Positions 45,766 to 54,772 of a DNA stretch of 64,000 nt are shown here, piece after piece. The translations under genes and the position numbers were made by a program. The DNA comes from Microgenomates group bacterium (GTDB taxonomy: Bacteria > Patescibacteriota > Microgenomatia > UBA12405): assembly GCA_049303675.1 (NCBI GenBank), contig JBAQNJ010000001.1, forward strand, positions 278,994 to 342,993, given 5' to 3'. The notes under the pieces are model-generated. The model did not search any database, was not told the origin of the DNA, and worked only from the letters and a program-made list of their open reading frames with translations. Positions within the stretch are counted from its first letter, which is position 1; each line of letters opens with the position of its first letter.

Positions 45766-46086
45766 ATGTCTACACTACAAACAGTCAATGCCCGCCAGTC
45801 TGACTTTATCCAAATCAGACTTGATTCTCAGACCAAAAAAATGGCCACCAATATACTCGACAAACTTGGTTTATCTCCATCTCAGGCCATCAAACTATTT
45901 TTAAACAAGGTTATTATGACTCGGTCAATTCCTTTCTCTCTTGAACTGTCACCCGACTATATTGAGCCATTATCACCCACCCAATCTGCCGAGGTTGGAC
46001 TTGCCCTTACCCAAATCCAAAATGGTAAATACGTCAAAATAGATATGTCCGATTCCAAAGCAGTTAAAAAACATTTGGGTGTCTAA
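45766..46086 (+). CDS. RelB/DinJ family antitoxin
   Basis: IQIRLDSQTKKMATNILDKLGLSPSQAIKLFLNKV is a DinJ-type RHH. Confidence 0.75.
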   Translation: MSTLQTVNARQSDFIQIRLDSQTKKMATNILDKLGLSPSQAIKLFLNKVIMTRSIPFSLELSPDYIEPLSPTQSAEVGLALTQIQNGKYVKIDMSDSKAVKKHLGV

Positions 46087-46089
46087 AAA

Positions 46090-46386
46090 GTGGCTCACTG
46101 CAATTTGTTATTTTCAAAGATATTTCTCCAAAAACAGCAAAAGTTAGCCAAAACTGATCATCAGTTAGCCCAAAAAGTCTACCGAGTCTTACAGATACTT
46201 GAGACTGATCCCAAAAACTTGTCTCTTCATTCTCACAAGGTTTCTACCAAAAACTTTGGTACTGCTTGGAGCTCGTCAGTCACTGGGGACATCCGGATTA
46301 TCTGGAATTACGACTCCCAAAATAATCTGGTTATATTTATACCTACTCTCGGTTCACACTCGGGCAAAGATAAAGTCTACAAATAA
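46090..46386 (+). CDS. RelE/YafQ-type mRNA interferase toxin
   Basis: Follows the antitoxin by 3 nt. LETDPKNLSLHSHKV...GDIRIIWNYD...LGSH pattern of RelE/ParE-fold toxins. Confidence 0.6.
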   Translation: MAHCNLLFSKIFLQKQQKLAKTDHQLAQKVYRVLQILETDPKNLSLHSHKVSTKNFGTAWSSSVTGDIRIIWNYDSQNNLVIFIPTLGSHSGKDKVYK

Positions 46387-46417
46387 TAATTTATTTTACT
46401 TTAGACAGTATCAATAC

Positions 46418-46455
46418 TTTCCCCTCTTTGCTCAAAGAGGGGCTAGGGGTGATTT
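46418..46455 (+). repeat. REP-like element, variant short form (copy E)
   Basis: TTTCCCCTCTTTG-CT-CAAAGAGGGG-CTA-GGGGTGATTT. Confidence 0.7.
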
Positions 46456-46461
46456 AAAATC

Positions 46462-46490
46462 TTGCATTCTATTTTTAGTTTCGCTATTAT
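46462..46490 (+). promoter_or_regulatory. Sigma70-type promoter of metK (TTGCAT-N17-TATTAT)
   Basis: -35 TTGCAT at 46462-46467; 17-nt spacer; -10 TATTAT at 46485-46490. Confidence 0.6.
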
Positions 46491-46497
46491 TCTTAGA

Positions 46498-46565
46498 GTG
46501 TTTAGAAGACCCTTAGGGGTTGACAACCGAGTCCGCCAAATGGTCCACGGTGCCCACTAAAACAC
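46498..46565 (+). promoter_or_regulatory. Structured metK 5' leader, candidate SAM-I/IV-like riboswitch
   Basis: Closing helix GTGTTTAG...CTAAAACAC encloses ACCC-TTA-GGGT, GACAACC, CCG...CGG and GGTGCCC (compare the SAM-I/IV core GGCAACC...GGUGCC). Followed by CCTT...AAGG around the SD. Confidence 0.35.
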
Positions 46566-46589
46566 GCCTTATCAATTAAAAGGAAAAAT

Positions 46590-47690
46590 ATGAATTATCC
46601 TCAATTTTCGTCCGAATCTGTCTGTGAAGGTCACCCCGACAAAGTCTGTGACCAAATTAGTGATGCTATCTTAGACGCTGCCTATACCCTCGACCCTATG
46701 GCTCGGGTCGCTATCGAGACTTTGGCTACGGTCAACAAATTAGTTTTAGCCGGAGAAGTTACTATTAATGGTACTCTCGATTATGCCGCTATTGCCCGCC
46801 AAAAGATCGCCGAGCTCGATTTTCTCGATTCAGTTTTAGATTTTACCGACAAATGCGACATCGAAATTGCTGTCCACACACAGTCACCCGATATTGCTCA
46901 GGGCGTCAATGCTGGTGGAGCCGGTGATCAGGGGATGATGTTTGGTTATGCTTGTCGCGAGACACCCGAACTAATGCCCCTTCCCATTTCCATGGCTCAC
47001 AAATTATGCCGTCAAATGGACGAATTACAGCGCATTCATCGTTGGATGCGCCCCGATGGCAAGTCTCAGGTTACCGTTCGTTATGATGGTCAGACTCCGG
47101 TAGCCATCGAGCGAGTTGTCTTGGCCAAGCCCATGAATTACGACCTCGCCCCTGCTGATTATTCTCACTTTTTCTATCAAAATGTCATTGTTCCAGTCTT
47201 AGCTGAATACAAGTTTGAAATCAGTGAAGACAAAATGATTCTCAATGGTACCGGTAAATGGACCATTGGTGGCCCCTCCGCCGATACTGGCGTTACTGGC
47301 CGCAAAATTGTCGTTGATACTTACGGTGGTATGGGTCGTATTGGTGGTGGTTGCTTTTCCGGCAAGGATACTACCAAGGTCGATCGCAGTGCCGCCTACG
47401 CCGCTCGCTATATTGCCAAAAATATTGTGGCTGCAGGTCTCGCCGATCGCTGCGAGGTTCAATTAGCCTATGCTATTGGTCAAGTCCTGCCTGTTGGTCA
47501 ATCTATTGAGACTTTTGGCACTGCCAAGTCAGAATTAAAGGTAATCGAAGATTTTGCATGGAAATTACTCGAATTATCGGTCGCTGGTATCAACAGTGGT
47601 CTCAATCTCCGCGTGCCAATGTATGCCAAAACCGCCCGCTATGGCCACTTTGGCCATCCCGAGTATCCATGGGAGAAGATAAAAGGCTAA
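46590..47690 (+). CDS. metK: S-adenosylmethionine synthetase
   Basis: SESVCEGHPDKVCDQISDAILDA, GAGDQGMMFGYA and DTYGG motifs. Confidence 0.95.
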   Translation: MNYPQFSSESVCEGHPDKVCDQISDAILDAAYTLDPMARVAIETLATVNKLVLAGEVTINGTLDYAAIARQKIAELDFLDSVLDFTDKCDIEIAVHTQSPDIAQGVNAGGAGDQGMMFGYACRETPELMPLPISMAHKLCRQMDELQRIHRWMRPDGKSQVTVRYDGQTPVAIERVVLAKPMNYDLAPADYSHFFYQNVIVPVLAEYKFEISEDKMILNGTGKWTIGGPSADTGVTGRKIVVDTYGGMGRIGGGCFSGKDTTKVDRSAAYAARYIAKNIVAAGLADRCEVQLAYAIGQVLPVGQSIETFGTAKSELKVIEDFAWKLLELSVAGINSGLNLRVPMYAKTARYGHFGHPEYPWEKIKG

Positions 47691-47692
47691 AC

Positions 47693-47725
47693 AAAAACCC
47701 CTCCGAAAACTTTCGGAGGGGTTTT
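47693..47725. terminator. Bidirectional intrinsic terminator
   Basis: AAAAA-CCCCTCCGAAA-AC-TTTCGGAGGGG-TTTT between convergent genes. Confidence 0.8.
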
Positions 47726-47752
47726 AGGTTAAAAAATTGAAACTTAGATTAA

Positions 47753-47944
47753 CTATCTAACAATTAGTGTCGTAGGATCAGTCAGTGGAGGTCCAACTTT
47801 AGTCAATTGATCTACTCTTGGGTTGAGGGGCTGATTAGTGACATCACCTACCGTACCTTTATTTTTTAACAAAGCATCAGTATCAATTATGCTGTCAGTA
47901 TTGGCGGTAACTGATTTTGGTTTTAGCTCTGATTTTTTAATCAT
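47753..47944 (-). CDS. Hypothetical small protein
   Basis: 63-aa ORF. Confidence 0.3.
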   Translation of the reverse strand: MIKKSELKPKSVTANTDSIIDTDALLKNKGTVGDVTNQPLNPRVDQLTKVGPPLTDPTTLIVR

Positions 47945-48019
47945 ATTGAGCTTATAATATCACATAAATCGATATTATCAAGTAGTCAAGTTTAATATCA
48001 TTTTTGTTACAATCTCTCT

Positions 48020-48436
48020 ATGCAAGTTAGTATCTACACCGATGGTGGTAGTCGAGGCAATCCAGGCCCTTCCGGTTTTGGCGTCGTTATTTATGACGAA
48101 CACAAAAAAATCATCGAAAAAATCAGTCAGTTTGTGGGAGTGAAGACCAACAATGAAGCCGAATATCTCGCCCTCAATGAGGCAATTTCTTGGGTCAAGC
48201 ACAATTATCAAAAGTTGGACATCACTCAAATCGAATTTTATTCCGATTCTCAGCTCTTAGTCCGCCAAATGCAAGGCAAATACAAGGTCAAGGCTCCTAC
48301 TATTGTTCCACTTTATCGTCTTGCGGCCTCCACTCTCTTTGAATTAAAATTAAATTATTCTTTTCACGAAATTTTACGTGAATTAAATTCCGTCGCCGAC
48401 TCTCTTGCTAATCAAGCAATGGATAATAAAAAATAA
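48020..48436 (+). CDS. rnhA: Ribonuclease HI
   Basis: IYTDGGSRGNPGPSGFG, NNEAEYLAL and SDSQLLV motifs. TGTTACAAT + 6 nt + ATG. Confidence 0.9.
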   Translation: MQVSIYTDGGSRGNPGPSGFGVVIYDEHKKIIEKISQFVGVKTNNEAEYLALNEAISWVKHNYQKLDITQIEFYSDSQLLVRQMQGKYKVKAPTIVPLYRLAASTLFELKLNYSFHEILRELNSVADSLANQAMDNKK

Positions 48437-50217
48437 TGAATAATAATCTATATAAAAATAGTACTTTCCCCCTTTTTCAAGGGGGGATTAAGGGGGGTTT
48501 TGTATTAAAAACTTTTTTTTACTTTTTACTTTTTACTTTTGTTTTTATTTTAATTTTTACTCTCCCTCTTATTTTCGGTTTTGGCAAAACCGGCAAAAAC
48601 ACTCTTGTTTTAGGCAAAGACTATTCCTTACTCTCCAAATCCCAAATAATTTCTCGCTTATCAGTCGATTTTCCTCTTCCTCCCAGCCTGAATATTCAGA
48701 CCTCAAACCGCAAATTTACTCTCAATTTAGCCGATATCTCCGCCCAATACGACTATCCCTCAATCGCATCCAATCTACTATTCCGTCGACTTCATAGTGG
48801 AGTTTTACCTTATTTTAAGGCATTTTTTCAGCCAAAAAACTTTAGCCTTAGTCTCGATTACAGCTCCGATTCACTCGATAAACAAATTGCCAATATCTCC
48901 CAGCAGGTCGATCATCCCTTTGTTCCCTCCCAATTTAGTCTCGATGAGAAATCCAAAGAAATCATCCTCAAAAACGGTGAACGGGGGCAAAGAGTCAATT
49001 CTGAAGAATTGAAAAACCGTCTCGTCTCTGCTCTTCGTTATTATGAGGCATCTACCCCTATCGACCTTCCCCTCGACCCTATTGGTGAGTTGCCCACTAC
49101 TGATCAAATTAGTAGTGCCACCGCTGTCGCTCAGTCCCTTATCGGCAAGAAGCTCGAATTTTCCGCCCCCGACGAGGTTGTCACCCTCGACGACAAGACC
49201 CTTATTTCTTGGGTCGACTTTGGGACCATTTGTCGCCGCTCCACAGTTGATGATTATGTCGCTGGACTGAAGTCTAGTCTGAAAAAGGATCCTGTCGAAG
49301 CCGTCTTCAAATTTGAAAATGGTCAAGTCCTCGAATTTCAACCATCTAAAAATGGTTATCTATTAGATGACTCCAATTTAAGCCAACAAATTTGTTCAAA
49401 AATAGTTGAACTATCCCAATCCTCGGACAAAATAATTAAGGATAAATTCCCAGTTATCACCCTCGAAACCAAGACTCAAAACTCTGATGTCAACAATTTA
49501 GGCATCAAAGAATTAATTGGCAGTGGCACCTCTACCTTCCGTCACAGTAGTACTATTCGCAATATCAATGTCGAGCGCGGCGCCCAAATAGTCAATCGCA
49601 TTTTAGTCGCCCCAGGCGAAAAGTTTTCCTTTGTCAAAGCTCTTGGCGATGTCACCATCGAAAATGGTTTCAAAATGGCTTATGTCATTCGGGCCGGCAA
49701 GACGGAATTAGACGTTGGTGGTGGTATCTGTCAGGTCTCCACCACTTTTTTCCGCGCCCTTCTCAATTCTGGGCTCGATATAATTGACAGACGCAACCAC
49801 GCCTATCGAGTCCAATACTATGAAGAAGACATGCCCCCAGGTTATGACGCCACTGTTTTTATCCCCAGTCCTGATTTATCTTTTGTCAACGACACTGGCC
49901 ATCATATCCTTATTCAAAGTAAATATGATGGTAAAAATAAACGGCTTACCTACGATCTTTATGGTACCTCCGATGGTCGATCTGTCGATATTAGCAACTA
50001 TCGCCAATGGGGAGCTGCTCCTGCTCCTCCGGCGGTCTATATTGACGATCCTACCTTACCGGCGGGCAAAGTCGTTCAGGACGAGCACGCTATTCCAGGA
50101 CTGAAGACATCTTTTGACTGGAAAGTGACCCGAGCCGGAGAGATAATCCATCAGAAAACCTTTACCAGCAATTTCGTCCCTTGGGCCGCCGTTTTCCGTC
50201 GCGGACCGCAAATTTAA
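48436..50217 (+). CDS. VanW family protein
   Basis: GGGICQVSTTFFRALLNSGL and RNHAYRVQYY VanW core; N-terminal TM anchor. Confidence 0.8.
   Translation: MNNNLYKNSTFPLFQGGIKGGFVLKTFFYFLLFTFVFILIFTLPLIFGFGKTGKNTLVLGKDYSLLSKSQIISRLSVDFPLPPSLNIQTSNRKFTLNLADISAQYDYPSIASNLLFRRLHSGVLPYFKAFFQPKNFSLSLDYSSDSLDKQIANISQQVDHPFVPSQFSLDEKSKEIILKNGERGQRVNSEELKNRLVSALRYYEASTPIDLPLDPIGELPTTDQISSATAVAQSLIGKKLEFSAPDEVVTLDDKTLISWVDFGTICRRSTVDDYVAGLKSSLKKDPVEAVFKFENGQVLEFQPSKNGYLLDDSNLSQQICSKIVELSQSSDKIIKDKFPVITLETKTQNSDVNNLGIKELIGSGTSTFRHSSTIRNINVERGAQIVNRILVAPGEKFSFVKALGDVTIENGFKMAYVIRAGKTELDVGGGICQVSTTFFRALLNSGLDIIDRRNHAYRVQYYEEDMPPGYDATVFIPSPDLSFVNDTGHHILIQSKYDGKNKRLTYDLYGTSDGRSVDISNYRQWGAAPAPPAVYIDDPTLPAGKVVQDEHAIPGLKTSFDWKVTRAGEIIHQKTFTSNFVPWAAVFRRGPQI
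48465..48501 (+). repeat. REP-like element, short form (copy F)
   Basis: TTTCCCCCTTTTTCAAGGGGGGATTAAGGGGGGTTTT. Translated as FPLFQGGIKGGF in the VanW N-terminus. Confidence 0.85.
48516..48536 (+). repeat. Tandem heptamer (TTTTTAC)x3
   Basis: Read directly. Encodes FYFLLFTF, the same peptide as at 29563-29597. Confidence 0.9.
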
Positions 50218-50235
50218 CAATTTAATTAAACGCGA

Positions 50236-50652
50236 ATGCCGCAACACTTTTTTTGTCCTCACGCCTTAATCAGAAAAGATGGTAAGTATTTAGTAATGCA
50301 TCGTTCCGCCAATACCGGCTATAAGCCGGGATTTTGGGATATCCCTGGCGGCCACTTCAACGAAGGTGAAGACAACATTGCCGAAGTGGTTATGAGAGAA
50401 ACGTTGGAAGAGACAGGTTTACATATCGCTGTAGGCAAAGTCGTTCACATTTCTTCAGAGATCCAGAGTCCCCAACGACATCAATTTTGTGGCATATATG
50501 AGTGTGAACCTCTGGCAGGTGAAGAAATCAATTTAGATCCAGTTGAACATGACGAGTATCGCTGGGTCACTCCACAGGAGATGGCCGAGCTTCCAATCAT
50601 GTTTTTTGTTCAAAGTCTTCTCGAGAATTATTTACTGAAATCTCAAATATAG
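50236..50652 (+). CDS. NUDIX hydrolase
   Basis: Nudix box GGHFNEGEDNIAEVVMRETLEETGL. Confidence 0.85.
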   Translation: MPQHFFCPHALIRKDGKYLVMHRSANTGYKPGFWDIPGGHFNEGEDNIAEVVMRETLEETGLHIAVGKVVHISSEIQSPQRHQFCGIYECEPLAGEEINLDPVEHDEYRWVTPQEMAELPIMFFVQSLLENYLLKSQI

Positions 50653-50669
50653 TTTTTGTCTATATTCTC

Positions 50670-51038
50670 TTATTTAATCCAATAGCCAGAAATTCTTGTT
50701 CTTTGAGTCCTACCAATTTCACTCAGGTTCTTTTCTTGACACCAGCATCCTCTGTAAGAATCGTATACCATCTCCACCTCTCCAATTTCGGGAATCACAA
50801 TTTTTTTGGACAACTCGACATGCTGTGTATGACCGGCGCTAAATCTTTCTGCTTGTGGGAGCTGGTGTACGGCTCTCACCGTAAACTCTCCTGTTCCAAA
50901 TCGTTTCTCTAGTCCAGGTTCCAAAGTCACCACTTCTCCTACTGCTATTTTTCTTAATATAGCTGGGTCGCTCAACACTGCTGCAGTCACAAGATCTAAT
51001 CCTAATTCCTTATATTGACCAAAAGAAAGCGTTTTCAT
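50670..51038 (-). CDS. Hypothetical protein
   Basis: 122 aa. TATAAT + 7 nt + ATG. Confidence 0.35.
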   Translation of the reverse strand: MKTLSFGQYKELGLDLVTAAVLSDPAILRKIAVGEVVTLEPGLEKRFGTGEFTVRAVHQLPQAERFSAGHTQHVELSKKIVIPEIGEVEMVYDSYRGCWCQEKNLSEIGRTQRTRISGYWIK

Positions 51039-51089
51039 ACCCTATATTATACGAAACACCAATTATATAGTCAACTATCCATCAAATTT

Positions 51090-51737
51090 CTATATTCTAT
51101 GTTCAGGATTGCTCTGCATTTTTCCTTTCGCCAGCCAGGGGCTGGGTCTCTTTGATCCTTTTTTATAACACTCTTTCAATTCTGTCACCAGTTCAGGTAT
51201 AAATTGCAAGTCAATTTTCTCCACTATATTTAGAGTATTAAACCAAATCATTTCCCAGCCATCATGGGCATATCCTAGGTATTTCCATTCCTGCATTTCC
51301 AGTAGGTACGCCGTCCAATCGGCCGCTTTTATTACTAGCTTTTCTCTTTCATTCAATTCTTCACCATACTTTGATGTGTCCATCTCTTCCGATATCGATG
51401 ACATCATTTCTTTATACGCCTTCTCTCCCGCCTTACTTGCCTCTTCTTTTATATTTATCTCCCAAAAACTGGCATAACTCGGACTTCCTGAGGGTATGTC
51501 TCCAATTACAATTTCCCGCCAATCATGGGTCATTGCATATCTCATCACTTTGTCAAAACTTATTTCTGGTTCGCCTAGTTTATCGACAAATAGCATGGCA
51601 AGGTAGCCCACCATATACGAATGTTCGGCAATCGATATATTCATACTCGTGGGCAGCCCCAAGGCCAAGTTCCCTCCAGTTCTTTTAATCCTATTTAAGT
51701 TTTGTAAATTTTGTACCAGTTCAAATATTTTTTTCAT
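51090..51737 (-). CDS. HD-domain phosphohydrolase (YfbR-like)
   Basis: RIKRTGG......SIAEHSYMVGYLA....HDWREIVIGDIP is the HD signature. Confidence 0.7.
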   Translation of the reverse strand: MKKIFELVQNLQNLNRIKRTGGNLALGLPTSMNISIAEHSYMVGYLAMLFVDKLGEPEISFDKVMRYAMTHDWREIVIGDIPSGSPSYASFWEINIKEEASKAGEKAYKEMMSSISEEMDTSKYGEELNEREKLVIKAADWTAYLLEMQEWKYLGYAHDGWEMIWFNTLNIVEKIDLQFIPELVTELKECYKKGSKRPSPWLAKGKMQSNPEHRI

Positions 51738-51751
51738 GACGAATTATAACT

Positions 51752-51782
51752 TTTTTGTAGGGGCGACGCTAGCCGTCGCCCT
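51752..51782 (+). repeat. GC-palindrome element, copy 1 (TTTTTGTAGGGGCG...GTCGCCCT)
   Basis: GGGCGACG-CTAGC-CGTCGCCC hairpin overlapping the tsaD stop. Shares its ends with 52345-52377. Confidence 0.7.
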
Positions 51783-52884
51783 AAAAGTTTAATCGTGGAT
51801 CACGGTCCAGAGTCTCGGGATCCGACCATTCTTTTCGCTTCGCCAATTCCCAGCCCACTCTTCCAATCATGGCCGCATTATCGGTATTTAGCCATATTTT
51901 CGCTGGCATATAAATTAGCAATTTCTTTTTTCTGGCTAGGGCTCTCAGTTTTTTTCGAAGCATCATATTGGCCAGTACCCCTCCCGAGGCCATTATAGTT
52001 TTTGGCTCATATTTATCAATCGCCAAATCAAATTTTCTAATCAAAGTATTGAATACCGACTCTTGAAATGTTGCCGCCAGACTAGCCAAATTTTTATTTT
52101 TTTCCTCTATTGACCAGTCTTTTATTTTATAATAAAAACTAGTTTTCAGTCCCGAAAAGCTATAGTCCAACACTTTTTTATCGGCGAGCGGTTTGGGTAA
52201 TTCAAACAAATTATTATTGGCGCCAGCTTGCATCGCCAGTCGCTCTATCACCGGCCCCCCAGGGTATCCCAAACCCAGTAATTTTGCCGCCTTATCCAAC
52301 GCTTCTCCCGCCGCATCATCCAACGTTTCCCCCACTACAGTATATTTTTGTAAGGGCGTACCCTTGTGGTCGCCCTTTTCCAAAAGTACAATCTTCGTAT
52401 GTCCTCCACTTACCGTCAGGCAAATAGCTGGCAGCTCTATCTCTCTCTCTGGCAATCCTTTACTATTTTTGACGAGGTTAGACAATATATGTCCCTCCAC
52501 ATGATTCACCGCCACCAATTTTTTATTATATTTTATCGCCAATTCACAGGCAGTTTTCACCCCTACTCCTAGAGCAATCGCCAGCCCCGGCCCTTTCGTC
52601 ACTGCAATTACATCAACAGACTTCATGTAATATTCCAATGTCTTTCTCTCCCTTGTCAAAGGGAGATGCCCCGAAGGGGAGAGGGATTGAGAACGTTTCA
52701 ATGCCGTCATTATCACCGGCAAAATTCTCGCTTGATGTGCTCTTTTCGCAATATCCGGTACCACCCCACCCCAATCTTTATGCAAATCAGTTTGCGAGGA
52801 AATTACATTACTTATCACTCGATCATTTTCCAGCACTGCCGCACAGGTATCATCACAGCTGGTTTCAATCGCCAATATTTTCAT
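51781..52884 (-). CDS. tsaD: tRNA N6-adenosine threonylcarbamoyltransferase TsaD
   Basis: ILAIETSCDDTCAAV, NHVEGH, SGGHT and DDAAGEALDK motifs. Carries two repeat-derived in-frame insertions. Confidence 0.92.
   Translation of the reverse strand: MKILAIETSCDDTCAAVLENDRVISNVISSQTDLHKDWGGVVPDIAKRAHQARILPVIMTALKRSQSLSPSGHLPLTRERKTLEYYMKSVDVIAVTKGPGLAIALGVGVKTACELAIKYNKKLVAVNHVEGHILSNLVKNSKGLPEREIELPAICLTVSGGHTKIVLLEKGDHKGTPLQKYTVVGETLDDAAGEALDKAAKLLGLGYPGGPVIERLAMQAGANNNLFELPKPLADKKVLDYSFSGLKTSFYYKIKDWSIEEKNKNLASLAATFQESVFNTLIRKFDLAIDKYEPKTIMASGGVLANMMLRKKLRALARKKKLLIYMPAKIWLNTDNAAMIGRVGWELAKRKEWSDPETLDRDPRLNF
52345..52377 (+). repeat. GC-palindrome element, copy 2 (inside tsaD)
   Basis: TTTTTGTAAGGGCGTACCCTTGTGGTCGCCCT. 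Translated on the minus strand as KGDHKGTPLQK. Confidence 0.7.
52643..52688 (+). repeat. REP-like element, long form (copy G, inside tsaD)
   Basis: TTTCTCTCCCTTGTCAAAGGGAGATGCCCCGAAGGGGAGAGGGATT. The second hairpin is CCCC-GAA-GGGG instead of CGGC-GTA-GCCG. Translated on the minus strand as QSLSPSGHLPLTRERK. Confidence 0.9.
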
Positions 52885-52905
52885 AATTGGGTATATTATA
52901 AATTA

Positions 52906-53466
52906 ATGAGTCGCCATCTACCCTACATATTATTATCCCTCATTTTTTTAGGGCTATCCCTCTTTGGTGTTAATTACCTCAAAAGCATAGTTGTCGTCCA
53001 GCCGGAACCGCTAGTCAACGATGTTTTTCCCATTCCAACTGCCGCTGCCACGGCAACAGCGGTCCCTACCGATATCTCTGCAACTATGACTCTCGCCCCT
53101 ACAGTGACTCCTGTTACCCAAACTCTAACTAGTGACAAATATCACTTTAGCTTAGTTTACCCATCTTTCCGTACTTTATACGAAGCAGCCGAGAATGGGG
53201 GTACCCGTTTTACCCTTTATTCTGCCTCTGGCAATATCACTCTTCACGCTGGCACCCTCTGGTCATGGACTCATCCCAGCCGTGTTTTTTCCACCGAGTT
53301 ACTCGTTTCCGGACAGCCCACCTTTGTCTACCGTGTTCCCACCCAGACAATTGTCGACTTCCAAAACGGTGGTATCAACTACACTATTCAGTGTGTCCAC
53401 AAAGACATTCCTTCAGCCGTTCTCGAGTGCGACAATATTATCTCCAGCTTCGTTCTAACTTCCTAA
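52906..53466 (+). CDS. Hypothetical secreted/anchored protein
   Basis: Start moved to MSRHLPYILLSLIFLGLSLF (TATTAT + 6 nt + ATG). The track start at 52666 runs antisense through tsaD. Confidence 0.4.
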   Translation: MSRHLPYILLSLIFLGLSLFGVNYLKSIVVVQPEPLVNDVFPIPTAAATATAVPTDISATMTLAPTVTPVTQTLTSDKYHFSLVYPSFRTLYEAAENGGTRFTLYSASGNITLHAGTLWSWTHPSRVFSTELLVSGQPTFVYRVPTQTIVDFQNGGINYTIQCVHKDIPSAVLECDNIISSFVLTS

Positions 53467-54136
53467 TCAACATATTTTTTTTGACGTATTCTCTGGTAAA
53501 TGACACCAAACTCTTTTTTCTATCAATACTCATCTCAAAATCACCAACTCTTATTTTCTCTATTATCTCCTGCCAACTTTTTATCCCTTCACCAAAAACC
53601 ATTTTTCCCTTACCGAGATACATTAGTGCATGAGCATCACTGCCAGTTATGGATATCATGTTCAGTTTTTTTGCCAGACGTACTGCCTTTCTGGTAGCCA
53701 ATTTTGTTTGGGCCACACAATAGCTTTCCATCGCGTCTAGGTCAAGTTTTTTTATTTTGCTATTCAGCGACGAGCCAAACTTGTTAAACGGGTGAGCCGC
53801 GATAGCCAACCCACCTTGTTGATGAATCAGTTCTATTGTCTCCTTAGCACTTAACTTGGCCGGAATTTCTCTCAATATGCCATAAGCTAATATATGTCCA
53901 TCTTTACTGGATATTTCACACGCCGGCACCAGCACTATCGGCAGTTTTTTGTCCCCAATTATTTTTTTTGCCCTCCGATATCCTTCTAGTGAATCATGAT
54001 CGGTAATTGCCAATATTTCAATTCCTAGCTCAATACATCTCTCCATAATTTCCTCCACCGACATCACCGAGTCATAAAACTTTTTGAAGTAGGGGAGTCT
54101 AGTTGTCCGGCTATGGCAATGTAATTCCGCAATCAT
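53438..54136 (-). CDS. PHP-domain metal-dependent phosphoesterase
   Basis: AELHCHS, ITDHDS, AHP and GSDAH motifs. Confidence 0.75.
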   Translation of the reverse strand: MIAELHCHSRTTRLPYFKKFYDSVMSVEEIMERCIELGIEILAITDHDSLEGYRRAKKIIGDKKLPIVLVPACEISSKDGHILAYGILREIPAKLSAKETIELIHQQGGLAIAAHPFNKFGSSLNSKIKKLDLDAMESYCVAQTKLATRKAVRLAKKLNMISITGSDAHALMYLGKGKMVFGEGIKSWQEIIEKIRVGDFEMSIDRKKSLVSFTREYVKKNMLIRKLERSWR

Positions 54137-54159
54137 TATGTATTATATATAATTCGAAG

Positions 54160-54191
54160 TCCCCCTTGTTAAAGGGGGATTTAGGTGGATT
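54160..54191 (+). repeat. REP-like element, short form (copy H)
   Basis: TCCCCCTTGTTAAAGGGGGATTTAGGTGGATT, 18 nt upstream of the lemA ATG. Confidence 0.85.
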
Positions 54192-54208
54192 AGGTGTTAT
54201 TATAAAGT

Positions 54209-54769
54209 ATGAACAAAACACTTATCTCTATTGTTGCCATTCTTGTTTTTCTCGGTCTGGTTCTCGCCGGAGTCTACAACAATCTTATCTCTCTAAATCA
54301 AAAAGTTGACCTTGCTTGGGCTCAGGTTGATACTCAGTATCAGCGTCGTTTTGACCTCATTCCCAATTTAGTCTCATCAGTCCAAGGCGAGATGAAACAG
54401 GAGCAGAAAATATTCTCCGACATTGCTACCGCTCGGACTCAATATTCCGGTGCTGCCTCGGTCAATGACAAAGCCACTGCCGCCACAGCCTTAGAGGGGA
54501 CTTTGGGCAGATTATTAGTTATTATGGAAAATTATCCCGTTCTAAAATCCAACGAAAATGTCACTCGACTTATGGATGAATTGGCTGGTACCGAAAATCG
54601 TATCAGTGTCGAGCGCTCTCGTTTCAACAATCAGGTTACTACCTACAACATGGTAGTAATTCGATTCCCTGGCAATCTTCTCGCTCGACTTTTTGGCTTT
54701 AGTTCACGAGCATTTTTTCAAAGTGCCAGTGGCGCCGATGTTGCCCCACGAGTGGAAATTAATCCCTAA
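54209..54769 (+). CDS. lemA: LemA family protein
   Basis: N-terminal TM plus YNNLISLNQKVDLAWAQVDTQYQRRFDLIPNLV. Confidence 0.9.
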   Translation: MNKTLISIVAILVFLGLVLAGVYNNLISLNQKVDLAWAQVDTQYQRRFDLIPNLVSSVQGEMKQEQKIFSDIATARTQYSGAASVNDKATAATALEGTLGRLLVIMENYPVLKSNENVTRLMDELAGTENRISVERSRFNNQVTTYNMVVIRFPGNLLARLFGFSSRAFFQSASGADVAPRVEINP

Positions 54770-54772
54770 TTC

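Noticed and set aside
52666-52905. Track start (52666) of the + strand ORF overlapping the tsaD 5' region
   Set aside because: The extension is antisense to tsaD and includes a REP copy. The Met at 52906 follows a -10 box at the standard distance and begins a signal-like helix.
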